NCBI GenBank assembly: GCA_963701095.1 | Contig: OY969564.1 | Coordinates: forward strand, 1,120,001-1,184,000 | From: an uncultured Methanoregulaceae archaeon | GTDB lineage: Archaea; Halobacteriota; Methanomicrobia; Methanomicrobiales; Methanospirillaceae | Direction of reading: 5' to 3' | Length of the DNA stretch: 64,000 bases | Part shown: piece after piece, positions 51,116 through 61,877 of the stretch | Layout of the letters: each line of letters begins with the position of its first letter | How positions within the stretch are numbered: the first letter of the stretch is position 1 | Translations under genes and position numbers: made by a program | Notes under the pieces: model-generated | What the model was told of the DNA's origin: nothing | Database searches by the model: none | Seen by the model: the letters and a program-made list of their open reading frames with translations, nothing else

Positions 51116-52920
51116 TGAATACCGTAATCAGGGTTCTCTGTGTCGATGATGAATCCGCATTTCTCGATATCAGTTCACTATTTCTTGAGCGGTCCGGAGA
51201 TTTCCAGGTAAAAACCGCTCAGAGCGCATCAGACGCCATAAAGTTACTTGAAACGGAACATTTCGATGCTATTATCTCCGATTACCAGATGCCCGGAATG
51301 GACGGGATCCAGTTTCTTGTCGAAGTACGGAACCGGTTTGGGCCGATTCCGTTCATTTTGTTTACCGGCCGGGGAAGAGAGGAGGTGGTCATCCTTGCAG
51401 TCGATAAAGGTGCCGACTCATATGTCCAGAAAGGCGGGGAAACAAAATCACAGTTTGCTGAACTTGCCCACAAGATCCGGATGGCCATAAAACGACGGAC
51501 CGCTGAAAACCGTAAGGAGGAATCCCAGGAAATCCTAAAAACGGTTATCGCGGAAGCAAAAGAGGGAATCATAGCTTACAACCGGGACCTGCGGATAACA
51601 CTCTGGAATCGGTTCATGGAAGAACTTACTGGCCTGAATGCTGCGGATGTGCAGGGTAAAATCACATTCGAGTTATTTCCCTTCATTGAACAGGCGGCGA
51701 ATGATGAGCTGATGAAAAAAGCGTTGACCGGAATAACGACGGAATCAGCCGATTTTGAGTTTTCCATTCCGTCGACCGGTAAAAAAGGGTGGGTAAAGAG
51801 CATTTATACCCCTAACTATGATGCCCAGGGGACAATCGCAGGAGTAATAGGGATAATCCGGGACGTTACAGAGAGAAAACGGGCAGAGGAGGCATTTCAG
51901 GAAAGCGAGGAACGGTACAGGAAGATGTTCGAGAACAGCCCTCTTGGCATGGTTCTTTCTACACCCGACCTGCGGTTTTTTTCGGTTAACCCGGCGTGGG
52001 TAACTATGACCGGATATTCGGAAAAAGAACTACTGGAGATGTCCTTTAAAGATATTACTCATCCGGATCATCTTGCCCTTGATCTCCAACGTGGGGAAGA
52101 ACTGGCAGCCGGAACGATACCGGTATACAGTATGGAAAAACAATATATCAGAAGAGACGGCAGCATCCTCTGGGGGCAGGTCCGGATCAGTACTATCCGG
52201 GATGAAAAAGGCACTCTTCGGTATTTTGCTGCCCAAATCGAAGATATCTCAGAACGCAAACTGTCCGGCGATGCTCTTAACAAAGCAAACAGGAAACTCA
52301 ACCTGCTTTCCGGTGTTACCCGTCATGATATCAGTAACCAGCTCACCGTCCTGGATGCATACATTACCTTACTGGAGGAACAGTATCAGGATCCCGATTC
52401 CCTCAAACAGTTCAAAAAGATTACCACTGCCATTCAGCGCATTAATGAGATGATCCAGTTTACCAAGGAATATGAGTCAATAGGTGTCAACGCACCTGTC
52501 TGGCAAAACTGCCGGACCCTTATAGAAACTGCGACTGGGCAGGCCCCGCTTGTATATATCATAGTGAAGAATGATATTCCCTTCAGTGCTGAGGTTTTTG
52601 CAGACCCCCTTATCGTAAAAGTCTTCTATAACCTCATGGATAACGCGGCGCGATATGGCGGAAAAATCACTACAATCCGGTTCTTTGTAAAGGAAGACAC
52701 AAACGATTATACAATTGTCTGCGAAGACGATGGCGACGGTATCGCTGCCGAAGAGAAAGAACAAATCTTTGAACAGGGATTTGGTAAGAATACCGGAATG
52801 GGACTGTTCCTTGCAAAAGAAATCCTCGATATGACGGGTATCACTATCCGGGAGACCGGCGTACCGGGTAAAGGTGCACGGTTTGAGCTTACTGTGCCAT
52901 TTGGATCATTCCGGACATAG
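51112..52920 (+). CDS. Hybrid sensor kinase (REC-PAS-PAS-HK), tandem paralog
   Basis: Same architecture as the upstream gene; the second PAS differs. Confidence 0.92.
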   Translation: MMNTVIRVLCVDDESAFLDISSLFLERSGDFQVKTAQSASDAIKLLETEHFDAIISDYQMPGMDGIQFLVEVRNRFGPIPFILFTGRGREEVVILAVDKGADSYVQKGGETKSQFAELAHKIRMAIKRRTAENRKEESQEILKTVIAEAKEGIIAYNRDLRITLWNRFMEELTGLNAADVQGKITFELFPFIEQAANDELMKKALTGITTESADFEFSIPSTGKKGWVKSIYTPNYDAQGTIAGVIGIIRDVTERKRAEEAFQESEERYRKMFENSPLGMVLSTPDLRFFSVNPAWVTMTGYSEKELLEMSFKDITHPDHLALDLQRGEELAAGTIPVYSMEKQYIRRDGSILWGQVRISTIRDEKGTLRYFAAQIEDISERKLSGDALNKANRKLNLLSGVTRHDISNQLTVLDAYITLLEEQYQDPDSLKQFKKITTAIQRINEMIQFTKEYESIGVNAPVWQNCRTLIETATGQAPLVYIIVKNDIPFSAEVFADPLIVKVFYNLMDNAARYGGKITTIRFFVKEDTNDYTIVCEDDGDGIAAEEKEQIFEQGFGKNTGMGLFLAKEILDMTGITIRETGVPGKGARFELTVPFGSFRT

Positions 52921-52962
52921 ACCACCATCCCTAGATATACTACATTGGTTAGAGATCGCCTT

Positions 52963-53178
52963 ATGACCGAAAGTAAAAAATCCGATAGTCAAAAATTGAT
53001 AGAGTTGCAGATTTACCAGATATCTGTAACCTCACTTCTATCCTTTGCAGCATTTTTATATCTTGCACTCCCGGTGCCGGATCCTATAAGGGTTATTCTC
53101 GCCTTTTTCTTTGCAGCAACATTTGCCATCGGAGTCGATAAATTATTGAACCAGATTTACAACAAACCTGACGAATAG
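52963..53178 (+). CDS. Small 2-TM hypothetical protein
   Basis: 71-aa ORF with two hydrophobic segments. Confidence 0.5.
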   Translation: MTESKKSDSQKLIELQIYQISVTSLLSFAAFLYLALPVPDPIRVILAFFFAATFAIGVDKLLNQIYNKPDE

Positions 53179-53365
53179 GCCATAATATTCATCAACAAAA
53201 TTCATAAATTCATGAGTTTCTTAAAATTATTCAAAAATTTAAAATTTCAGGATTTTCGTATTCAGATACCCAGGATTTTACATATTTTTCATGAATTTTT
53301 AGATAATTCAGATCGAATGAGATATATAGGATAAAATTTAATCGGAAAAATATACACCGATTTTC

Positions 53366-55153
53366 ATGAAACTCCGGGAAAAAACCCTGCTTATCATTGT
53401 GATCATCCTGATCATTATTATCGGCCTGATCAGTGTTTTTGTCTCATTTGTCTCAATGACAAGTTATAATGCCCTGGAGCAGCGGTATGTGCTTCAGGAC
53501 GTTGACCAGGCAGTAAACAGGCTAAGCGACGAATACGTATCGTTAACATCGATAGTTTCCGATTGGGCTCCCTGGGACGACACCTATTCTTTTGTTAACG
53601 GTCAGGATCCAGACTACATCTCCACGAATTTGTTGCCGGTGATGTACAACAACCTGAGGGTTAACCTCATTGTTATGACCAATAATCAGGGTAAGATTGT
53701 CTATGCCGGCCTGTATGACCTGAACAACCAGTCCTTCCTTGTCATCCCGGGAGATCTCAGCAAAGAGCTCACACCTTCAAACCCTCTGCTTTCTATGAAC
53801 GATCCTATGGCGACAACAACGGGTATTCTAATGCTCGATGGAAAACCTTTCGTTGTTGCATCCCGACCCATCATTTATTCAAATTTTTCCGGAACACCAA
53901 CCGGTGTCGTCATCATGGGGAGGTATCTGGGTCCGGAAGAAGTGACGTATCTGGAGAAACTCACAAAACCTAATCTTTATTTTGTTCCGGTAGGTGATCC
54001 CTCCCTTCCGCCGGAGTTCCTTTCAGCAGTATCTTTCGGACAGAGTCAAAACGTAGAGGTTGCCGTTCCTCAGAACAGGAGTGAGATCACGGGTTATGCG
54101 CTTATAAGGGATGTAACCGGGAAGGGGGTACTGGTTCTTGAGATTATGGAATCCCGGGATATTTACCAGCAGGGAATTACCACAACTATCCAGTATATCT
54201 TCATAGTGCTCGGGGTCGGCCTTCTCTTTGGTGTGGAAATCCTCTTTATTCTCGACAAACTCGTAATCGCACAGTTGAGTGAGCTCGACACCGGTGTGAC
54301 CGCCATCGGGAATTCCGGTGATCTTTCCCTACGCATACCAGAAACCGGCGAAGAAGAGGTAGTCTCCCTCAAACGTTCGCTCAATCAGATGCTCTCCAAA
54401 ATCGAGATGCAGCATAACGATCTTGTCCGGGTGAGACAAGAACTTGCAGTCCGCAACAGGGATCTTGAAGAATTGAACCGGAAAGCGAACTTGTATCTTG
54501 ATATCTATCTCGACACGATTACCTATGAGATCCTGAACGGGACCATGGCATTGAGAGGATACGCGGAAATGCTACATGATGATTTCTGCGTAAACCAACA
54601 CCACATTGCCGACAAGATTTCCGAGATTGCGAAGAAATCTGCCAGGGTAGTTCGAAATATCGAGACAATCAGCCGCATCTATAAGAATCCCCCTCAGATC
54701 CATGAAGTAAACCTTGAATACCTCATAAAAAAGGAGATCGATCTCTACCCGGGAATCTACATCGATCTGGAATACCCGGAAAACTGTTCAAGGATCGTTC
54801 GGGCCAATGATATGCTCGGTGTGGTCTTTGACAATCTCTTCTCTAACAGTTTCAAATTCGGGGGGGAAGATACCAAAATCACCGTCAGCATAAAGAAAAC
54901 GTCGCAGGACCAATTGGAGATCTCCGTTACCGATACAGGACCTGGCATATTTGATGCTATGAAACCACTTGTGTTTGATCGTTTTGTTCAGAACGGTACC
55001 ATGCGCGGGAGTTATGGCCTCGGGCTTCATATTGTCAAAATGTTAGTGGAAAGTTACGGAGGAAAAGTATGGGCCGATGACCGCATTCCCGGTAAACCTG
55101 AACTTGGTGCTGCCATCAGGTTTACCCTGCATTGTGCCTTTTTGGATCGATGA
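53366..55153 (+). CDS. CHASE4-HAMP sensor histidine kinase
   Basis: DWAPWDDTY.F (CHASE4), HAMP, NLFSNS.K, DTGPG, GLGL. Confidence 0.9.
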   Translation: MKLREKTLLIIVIILIIIIGLISVFVSFVSMTSYNALEQRYVLQDVDQAVNRLSDEYVSLTSIVSDWAPWDDTYSFVNGQDPDYISTNLLPVMYNNLRVNLIVMTNNQGKIVYAGLYDLNNQSFLVIPGDLSKELTPSNPLLSMNDPMATTTGILMLDGKPFVVASRPIIYSNFSGTPTGVVIMGRYLGPEEVTYLEKLTKPNLYFVPVGDPSLPPEFLSAVSFGQSQNVEVAVPQNRSEITGYALIRDVTGKGVLVLEIMESRDIYQQGITTTIQYIFIVLGVGLLFGVEILFILDKLVIAQLSELDTGVTAIGNSGDLSLRIPETGEEEVVSLKRSLNQMLSKIEMQHNDLVRVRQELAVRNRDLEELNRKANLYLDIYLDTITYEILNGTMALRGYAEMLHDDFCVNQHHIADKISEIAKKSARVVRNIETISRIYKNPPQIHEVNLEYLIKKEIDLYPGIYIDLEYPENCSRIVRANDMLGVVFDNLFSNSFKFGGEDTKITVSIKKTSQDQLEISVTDTGPGIFDAMKPLVFDRFVQNGTMRGSYGLGLHIVKMLVESYGGKVWADDRIPGKPELGAAIRFTLHCAFLDR

Positions 55154-55774
55154 GCTGGTTGAAGAATTGAATTTCTGATTTAAAGGTCGTTCATTTTTTG
55201 CGTTGTAGAATTACACTATCGCGATCAGAAAAGCAAAAGAGATCGCGAATCTCGAGAGGTTACTGGGGATCTCCTTAATCTGAAGCCGGTATTTTCTTTT
55301 CACGGTCAACTCTTCTCTAGATAATTTATTATTATATTAATATAAAATACGCTCTAATTGAAAACACTGACAAAAATTACCGGTGGTATAACGAACATAT
55401 AACGGGTTAATCGATATTTTTTACGTCGAATGAATAATTTGTGCAATTCCTCATATGGACAGACAAAAATCGGGGTCTCGGAGAAAACCTCTCAAAAAAG
55501 AGTCCAAAAAGAGCACAATTACGATGTCTCCTTACCCCTTTGCAGACAAACGGTGAGGAGAGAAAATGATGTCGATACACCGGCATATCTGGTGGTATGA
55601 ATTATCATCTGGCAAGGATGTGATATTCATTCGGATTTGTTATTGGGGGATGCCCTAGAGCTAAAAACATCAATAATACAAAGGACACTTTTTGACAGGA
55701 CTTTCACGAACAAATTGGAAAAAAATTGTTATTTCTCGCCGCAAGGCTAATTGAGATTTTCTCTTATTCAACTA

Positions 55775-57227
55775 TTATCTTCTGGCCTTCTTTTTTCCCC
55801 GGGCAAGGGATGCAAAGATCCCGGCCACACACATCACGGTAAAGAAAATAAAGGCCCAGTGCAAGCTCTGCGTAAACTGCGGGTAATTTGCCGGGGTAAT
55901 CTCAACCTGGCCGATGATAATGGAAAAGAGCATCATGGCAATACCCATCGAGAGCATCTGCCCTAAAAGGCGCATGGTTGAGTTAATACCGGAGGCAACG
56001 CCGTAATACTTCTTGTCCACAGCACTCATGATGGCGTTGATGTTCGGTGACGAGAAAAGCCCAAAGCCGATGCCAAGGATGATCAGAACGACGATAATAT
56101 ACCAGAGCGGGGTTGTCTGATCGAGGAAAACAAAAAGGAAGAGACCGAACGCCGTTAGTCCCATCCCAAGAGAGGAGAGGATCAGGGAATCGTATTTGTC
56201 GGAAAGCCTGCCCGCGAAGGGAGAGACTATCATCTGGAAAAACGGGGCTGCGATGAGGATAAAGCCGGCGTATTCAGCTGAAAATCCCTTGGTATACTGC
56301 AGATCGAGGCTTATCAGGAACGCGACCGCATAGGTTGCTGAATAGTTGATCAGTGCAGCTGATATTCGAAAATGCAAAGACCCGGCTTTTGAAAAATAAC
56401 TGCATGTTGAGGACCGGGTGTGCGAGGCGCTGCTCGAACCAGACAAAAAAACCGACCAAAACAACACCGGCTACCACCAGTACTTCACCGGAAATATCCG
56501 GGAGAACCGAGAACCCGTACATGAGTGAAACGAGCGCCACACTGTAGATAAGAGACCCGGCGAGATCGAATTTTTCACCTCTGCATTCCGCCCATTCTCC
56601 CCGGAGTTTCCAGACGATAAGAATAGCAGCGGCAATAGCAATCGGGACGTTGATATAGAAAATGCTCCGCCAGCCGAATTGATCGGTCAGGACACCCCCG
56701 AGGAAGGGCCCGAGAGATAGACCAAGATATACTGAGGTGATATAGATACCAAGCGCTCTTCCCCGTTCACCCGGCGGGAAAACAGCCGTGAGGATGGCAA
56801 TTGCGGTGCCGTAGATCATGGCGGCGCCGATTCCCTGGATAATCCGGACGGTAATCATCTGGTGTTCAGTCGCAACCAGGGTCATTACAAACGAGGCAGC
56901 TCCAAAGACGCAGATACCCCACAGGAAGACCTTTTTCCTTCCCCAAATGTCTGCAATTTTCCCGAACGGGACAAGGAATACCGCCGATGCAAGGAGATAG
57001 GCGGTAGCCACCCAGGAAAGCGAGATTGCATCCATGTGGAATACGGAACCTATGGTAGGAAGTGCAATATTAACAGCTGACGCATCAAACGGCGTAAGGA
57101 AGCCGGCAAGTATTGCAATTAAAAGGACGATACGTTTTTCAGTGGAGGTGACAGTGCGGGCCGGCATGTGGCAGATCGCTGGTTCCTGACCTGAGTCCTG
57201 ATCAATGGCAGGGATATCTGGTGGCAT
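55775..57227 (-). CDS. MFS drug:H+ antiporter, DHA2/EmrB-like (frameshift at ~56361)
   Basis: D.S.VNIALP, GKIADIWGRKK, GP.LGG.LT...GWRSIF.INVP. Confidence 0.9.
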
Positions 57228-57319
57228 CGTACTTACTCCTTAACGTCCAAAGGTGGCACAACACGTTTTTTGAAAAGAGGAGATCCGGTCATGGGCTGAT
57301 TCCATCTGCCGGAAGCGAT

Positions 57320-57508
57320 TTAGAACACACCAAACCATGCAATGTACGAAACGATCACCATGATGACAACAAGCCCGATGAGTACCTTGTACGCGCACTT
57401 TTCGCAGATACCAAGGGCTGAAGGATGACAGTCATGGCAGTATTCTGATTTGCAGACCTTACAGGTTGTATTGTCTGCATGGTCCGGGTGATTATCGCAA
57501 CACGTCAT
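57320..57508 (-). CDS. Small B-box-like zinc-finger membrane protein
   Basis: CDNHP...CKVC...YC.DC...ICEKC + C-terminal TM. Confidence 0.65.
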   Translation of the reverse strand: MTCCDNHPDHADNTTCKVCKSEYCHDCHPSALGICEKCAYKVLIGLVVIMVIVSYIAWFGVF

Positions 57509-57599
57509 ACTTCACCAGTTCGGTGTGAAATGGTAAAGATGTGTCGGATGCATTGATTCACGTTTTACATCGGATAAAAAGAGGAGAAGATTAATTGGT

Positions 57600-58922
57600 T
57601 CATGCCGGGTTTTGCGACCGCTTGACAAGGTGAGCTGCCGCATGCGCCGCTTGTTTGAGAATCTCATCCTCACCAGGAATCTCACGTTCCAGCATCAGTA
57701 CGCGGCCGTTACAAACGGTTGTGTCGACGGCTGCGCCACTGCAGGAATATACAAGGTTGGAAGCAGTGTTATGGAGCGGCGTGTTGCAGGCAGTTTTGGT
57801 CGAAACGAGAATAAAATCGGCCGGTGCTCCTTCAGCAAGGACACCGGTGCCAAAACCCAGTGCCTTTGCCCCGTTTGTCGTTGCCATGGCAAGTGCCGCC
57901 GGTGCCGGTAGGATGGTCGGGTCGTTCCAGAAAAATTTCTGTAGCAGGGCGGCAGTCTTTATCTCTTCAAACAAGTCAAGGTTGTTGTTCGAAGCACACC
58001 CATCCGTCCCGATGCAGACGTTTGTCCCGGCGGCGACAAGCTGAGGGTAGGGCAGGGCCCGGTGGGTAGCAAGCTTCATGTTGCTTACCGGGTTGTGGGA
58101 GACGTGCACACCGCGTTTCCCCAGGAGTTCGCATTCAGCGTCATCGAGCCAGCATCCGTGTGCCGCAATTGTCCGGGGGGACAGAATGCCGCACTCATCG
58201 AGCAGTGCTGCAGGTCGTTTCCCATGCTGGAAAATGCAGTCATGTACTTCTTTTTCTGTCTCGGACAGGTGTATGTGGATAGGGACGTTCCCCTCGCGGG
58301 AAAATGACGCACACCATTTTAGTCCTTCGGGAGAGACGGTATAAGGAGCATGCGGCCCGGCAGCGGCATGAATCCGGGGGTTGTTCATCTTACGGATATG
58401 CCGGACAAACGCCTCCGTGGCCTTACACTCGTGTTCCCGTTTCTCGGGATTGCCAAGGTCGATAAATCCATAGCAGAGGAGTGCCCGGATACCAGCCTCA
58501 TCCACTGCACGAGCGGCATCTTCCATGAAGAAATACATGTCATTGAAAGCGGTCGTACCGGTGCGGATCATTTCAAGGCAGGCAAGTCTTGTTCCCCAGT
58601 ATACATCCTCACCGGTCAGGTGAGCTTCAAGAGGCCAGATTTTCTGGGTGAGCCAATCCTGCAGGATCATATCATCAGCATAACCGCGTAACAGTGACAT
58701 GGCTGCATGGGTATGCGTATTGGAAAGCCCCGGTAGTACCAGTGCACGGTCGCCGTCAATGATAAATTCTGCTTCGCCCCGGTGCCGTTTCCGGATCCCC
58801 TCTCCAATATCAGTGATAGTCTCTGACGCATCGATAAAAATGTCAACCGGGCCGGAACTATCAATAACGTTCGTAATAAGGACCGATTTTTTCCCCCCGA
58901 AGATTTCTTCTGTTTCTGTCAT
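57600..58922 (-). CDS. dadD: 5'-deoxyadenosine / 5-methylthioadenosine deaminase (amidohydrolase)
   Basis: NTHTH, LRGYADD, PHAPYT, HIHLSET, GTDGCASNN; adjacent to an MTAP-family gene. Confidence 0.8.
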   Translation of the reverse strand: MTETEEIFGGKKSVLITNVIDSSGPVDIFIDASETITDIGEGIRKRHRGEAEFIIDGDRALVLPGLSNTHTHAAMSLLRGYADDMILQDWLTQKIWPLEAHLTGEDVYWGTRLACLEMIRTGTTAFNDMYFFMEDAARAVDEAGIRALLCYGFIDLGNPEKREHECKATEAFVRHIRKMNNPRIHAAAGPHAPYTVSPEGLKWCASFSREGNVPIHIHLSETEKEVHDCIFQHGKRPAALLDECGILSPRTIAAHGCWLDDAECELLGKRGVHVSHNPVSNMKLATHRALPYPQLVAAGTNVCIGTDGCASNNNLDLFEEIKTAALLQKFFWNDPTILPAPAALAMATTNGAKALGFGTGVLAEGAPADFILVSTKTACNTPLHNTASNLVYSCSGAAVDTTVCNGRVLMLEREIPGEDEILKQAAHAAAHLVKRSQNPA

Positions 58923-58938
58923 GGTGATTCACCCCGTT

Positions 58939-59610
58939 TTATCCCATCTGCCGGATAATTGCAGTCACAATCTCTTCAGTCCGGTGCCGGTATGTTTTTG
59001 ATGTGGAGAGGATATTGTCGTAAGTAAGCACTTCATCGCTCAGGCCGTTTGCATAATTATCGACAGTGCAGAGTGCGGCAAAGTCCATGCCAAGTTCGCA
59101 CGCGAGCGTTGCTTCAGACGCAATAGTCATGCCAACGATATCAGCGATGCCTGAAAGCGCTTCCACTTCAGCGACGGTTTCGATTCTTGGTCCCCTGGTC
59201 TGGACATAAATGCCCCCGATCCTGGCCTCGGGAACAACACCTGCAAGTTTTTCTGCAAGTGAACGGGTCAGTTCCGGTCTGACATGTTCGATGTCGTGAT
59301 CGTGGATGGAAGGGATATCTGTTATACTGATATAGTCGGTCGGGATCAGGATAGTGCCGGGCGTTATTTCATTTTTGAGCGATCCTGAGGATCCAAACGC
59401 GATGATCCGGTCGACACCGGCGATGGCCATAGCCGCAAGGTTTGCCCGGTAATTGATCCGGTGCGGCGGTCGGCAGTACTGGTGACGCATCAGGATCACA
59501 ATGTCACCGCAGAGAAGGTCGACATTGCCATAGGGTGTGGCAAAACTCTTTTTTTCCAATGTTGGGAGTGTCGAGAAAAGAAGGCTTGTTCCGCCGATGA
59601 TACCGAGCAT
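58939..59610 (-). CDS. MTAP-family purine (methylthioinosine) phosphorylase
   Basis: GIIGGT, PPH.INY.AN, GPR.ET.AE, VGMT.ASEA, VDNYA. Confidence 0.85.
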   Translation of the reverse strand: MLGIIGGTSLLFSTLPTLEKKSFATPYGNVDLLCGDIVILMRHQYCRPPHRINYRANLAAMAIAGVDRIIAFGSSGSLKNEITPGTILIPTDYISITDIPSIHDHDIEHVRPELTRSLAEKLAGVVPEARIGGIYVQTRGPRIETVAEVEALSGIADIVGMTIASEATLACELGMDFAALCTVDNYANGLSDEVLTYDNILSTSKTYRHRTEEIVTAIIRQMG

Positions 59611-59762
59611 CAAGGACGCCCCCCTGAAACGTTTTGAGAAATCCTAGGTATAGGTGAGTGCCGGACCATGGAGATTCGTCAAAAGATTGTGTGCCCCGGC
59701 ACTAATACCTAGCGCAGGTTAAACCATCAAACGTAAGAATATCCCGGTTCCTATATCTTCTT

Positions 59763-60958
59763 ATGGGCATGTTCGATACCGTCAGTAACGAAACGATAAA
59801 AAAAGGGGAGTGCACCGACATCTATTTTGTAAGGACTGAAGAGATCCTGGAAAAAGAAAAGGTCAATCCCCTGGTATCCATGGAAGTTACAGCTGCGGCA
59901 CTTCCGGACAGCTGGGGAATTGTCTGCGGGTTGTCCGATGTACTGGCACTCCTTTCCGGCGTACCGGTTACGGTCGACGCAATGCAGGAGGGTACACTCT
60001 TCTTCCCGGGAGAACCGGTGCTCCGCATTACCGGTCATTACCGTGATTTCTGCCGTTACGAGACTGCTATTCTCGGATTCCTCTGTCATGCCTCCGGGAT
60101 CGCAACGGCGACCGCCCATATCATGTGCGAGGCCCGGGTAAACCGGTCTATTCCTTTGGTTCCCGGCGCCAGCACCCGGCAATCGCTACAATGATCGAAC
60201 GGGCCGCATGGGTTGGCGGTGTAGACGGCGTTTCTAACACGTGCGCTCCTGCAGGTATGCCCATCGTCGGGACCATGCCTCATGCGATGGTGATGTGTTT
60301 TCCAACACCGGAAGATGCATGGCGTGCCTTTGACCGCGATGCTTCCGCCGATGTCCCCCGCATTATGCTCTGCGACACGTATTGTGACGAGAAGACGGAA
60401 TCGCTTCATGCAGCCGGATGTGGTGCAACGGCAGTAAGGCTCGACACGCCGCGTTCCCGCCGGGGCAATATGCGTTCAATCATTGAAGAGGTACGCTGGG
60501 AGCTGGACTCCCACGGTTATTCCCGGGTAAAAATCTTCTTGTCGGGGGGCGTTACAAAAGAGGATGTGACCGCGTACCGGGACTGTGCCGACGCGTTTGG
60601 AATCGGGGGTGCAATTGCGAACGCGCCCGTCATCGACTTTGCCATGGATATTGTTGAGATCGACAAAAAGCCAAAAGCAAAAAGGGGAAAGAAGAGCGGG
60701 ATAAAACAGGTCTACCAGCTGGTCTGCGATAAACACCGGACCCTCCCTGTGGGTCAGGTCCCTCCCGCAAATGCCGTCCCGCTTATCAGGAATTTTATTT
60801 TGGACGGCCGGGTCGTCCAGCAGTCTGATATGCAGGAGGCACGGAAACGGGTTCTTGCATTAATACGCCATACCACGGAAACAACCGAGGATAAAACGAA
60901 ACCTGCAAAAAGGAATGGTAAAAACGGCTCACAGAAAAAGGGGAACTTATCCCTGTGA
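59763..60958 (+). CDS. pncB: Nicotinate phosphoribosyltransferase (frameshift at ~60138)
   Basis: TDIYF, ETAILG, FGSRRQHP, GTMPH, DT, VRLDTP, FLSGG. Confidence 0.88.
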
Positions 60959-61038
60959 ATGAATCCCCAATATATCTGTGATATGCAAGAACGGGCCACC
61001 CAATTCTTTTTACGTATGCCGTGCAACAATAGTAGAGC

Positions 61039-61110
61039 GGGCTGGTGGTAAAGTGGTATTACGCTCCCTTGGCATGGGAGAGGCCGCGGGTTCAATTCCC
61101 GCCCAGTCCA
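61039..61110 (+). tRNA. trnA: tRNA-Ala(GGC)
   Basis: GGGCTGG/CCAGTCC acceptor with G3:U70; CTCCC-TTGGCAT-GGGAG anticodon arm; GGTTCAATTCC T-arm. Confidence 0.95.
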
Positions 61111-61247
61111 TCATTTTGTAAGATTTTTTTGCTGCTACGGCAAGCCACATACATCCTCAATGGTATTTTCGGCACAACTATTGATTTTCGAGGCAATATT
61201 TGCGGATATTATTTTATACTCCCAAATCCTGCGTACCATTTGAAATC

Positions 61248-61877
61248 ATGCGAATCCGTGACCTGATCCTTCCCGAAGACAAGATCTTTTTTACCCTCTT
61301 TAAGGAGATGGCCCAGAAGATCAACGAGGCGGCGACGACATTAAACGAAATTACCCATGAGTTACCGAACGGCACAGAAAAAGCACACAAGGTTCGCCAG
61401 ATAGAACACCAGGGAGACGAGGTAACCCGGCAGATTTACGAGCATCTCAACGAAGCACTGATAACGCCTCTTGAACCTGATGAGATTGCACGGCTTGCAC
61501 CAGCTTTTGACGATGTGCTGGACAAGATGGACTGGGTAACCCACCAGCTGGCAAATTATGGTATCCAGGAGTCAAATGACGTCCTTAAAGAATATTCATA
61601 CTTAATCACCATGACAGGAACCGAGATTACGCTGGCACTGGACGCCCTTGCCACGCTAAGCAAACCTGATGATGTCAGGGCACATGCATCCGAGATCAAC
61701 CGTCTGTATAACCTCTCGGGGGAACTGCTTTCGCGGGCTGTACTTGAGCTGTTCAAGGCCCAAGATCTCCTTCTGATAATCAAACTCAAGGATATCTACG
61801 AAGGGCTTGCAAAAGTCATGGAAAAATGCAACGATGTTGGCCATGCCCTGTCGGACATCGCGATGGCTCATACATGA
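61248..61877 (+). CDS. DUF47 / PhoU-like phosphate transport regulator (copy 1)
   Basis: IEHQGD, LITPL, FDDVLD, IKLKDIYE. Confidence 0.88.
   Translation: MRIRDLILPEDKIFFTLFKEMAQKINEAATTLNEITHELPNGTEKAHKVRQIEHQGDEVTRQIYEHLNEALITPLEPDEIARLAPAFDDVLDKMDWVTHQLANYGIQESNDVLKEYSYLITMTGTEITLALDALATLSKPDDVRAHASEINRLYNLSGELLSRAVLELFKAQDLLLIIKLKDIYEGLAKVMEKCNDVGHALSDIAMAHT

Noticed and set aside
55154..55774. 620-bp intergenic gap as a hidden gene or ncRNA
   Set aside because: Only short motif-less ORFs; no repeats or RNA signatures found
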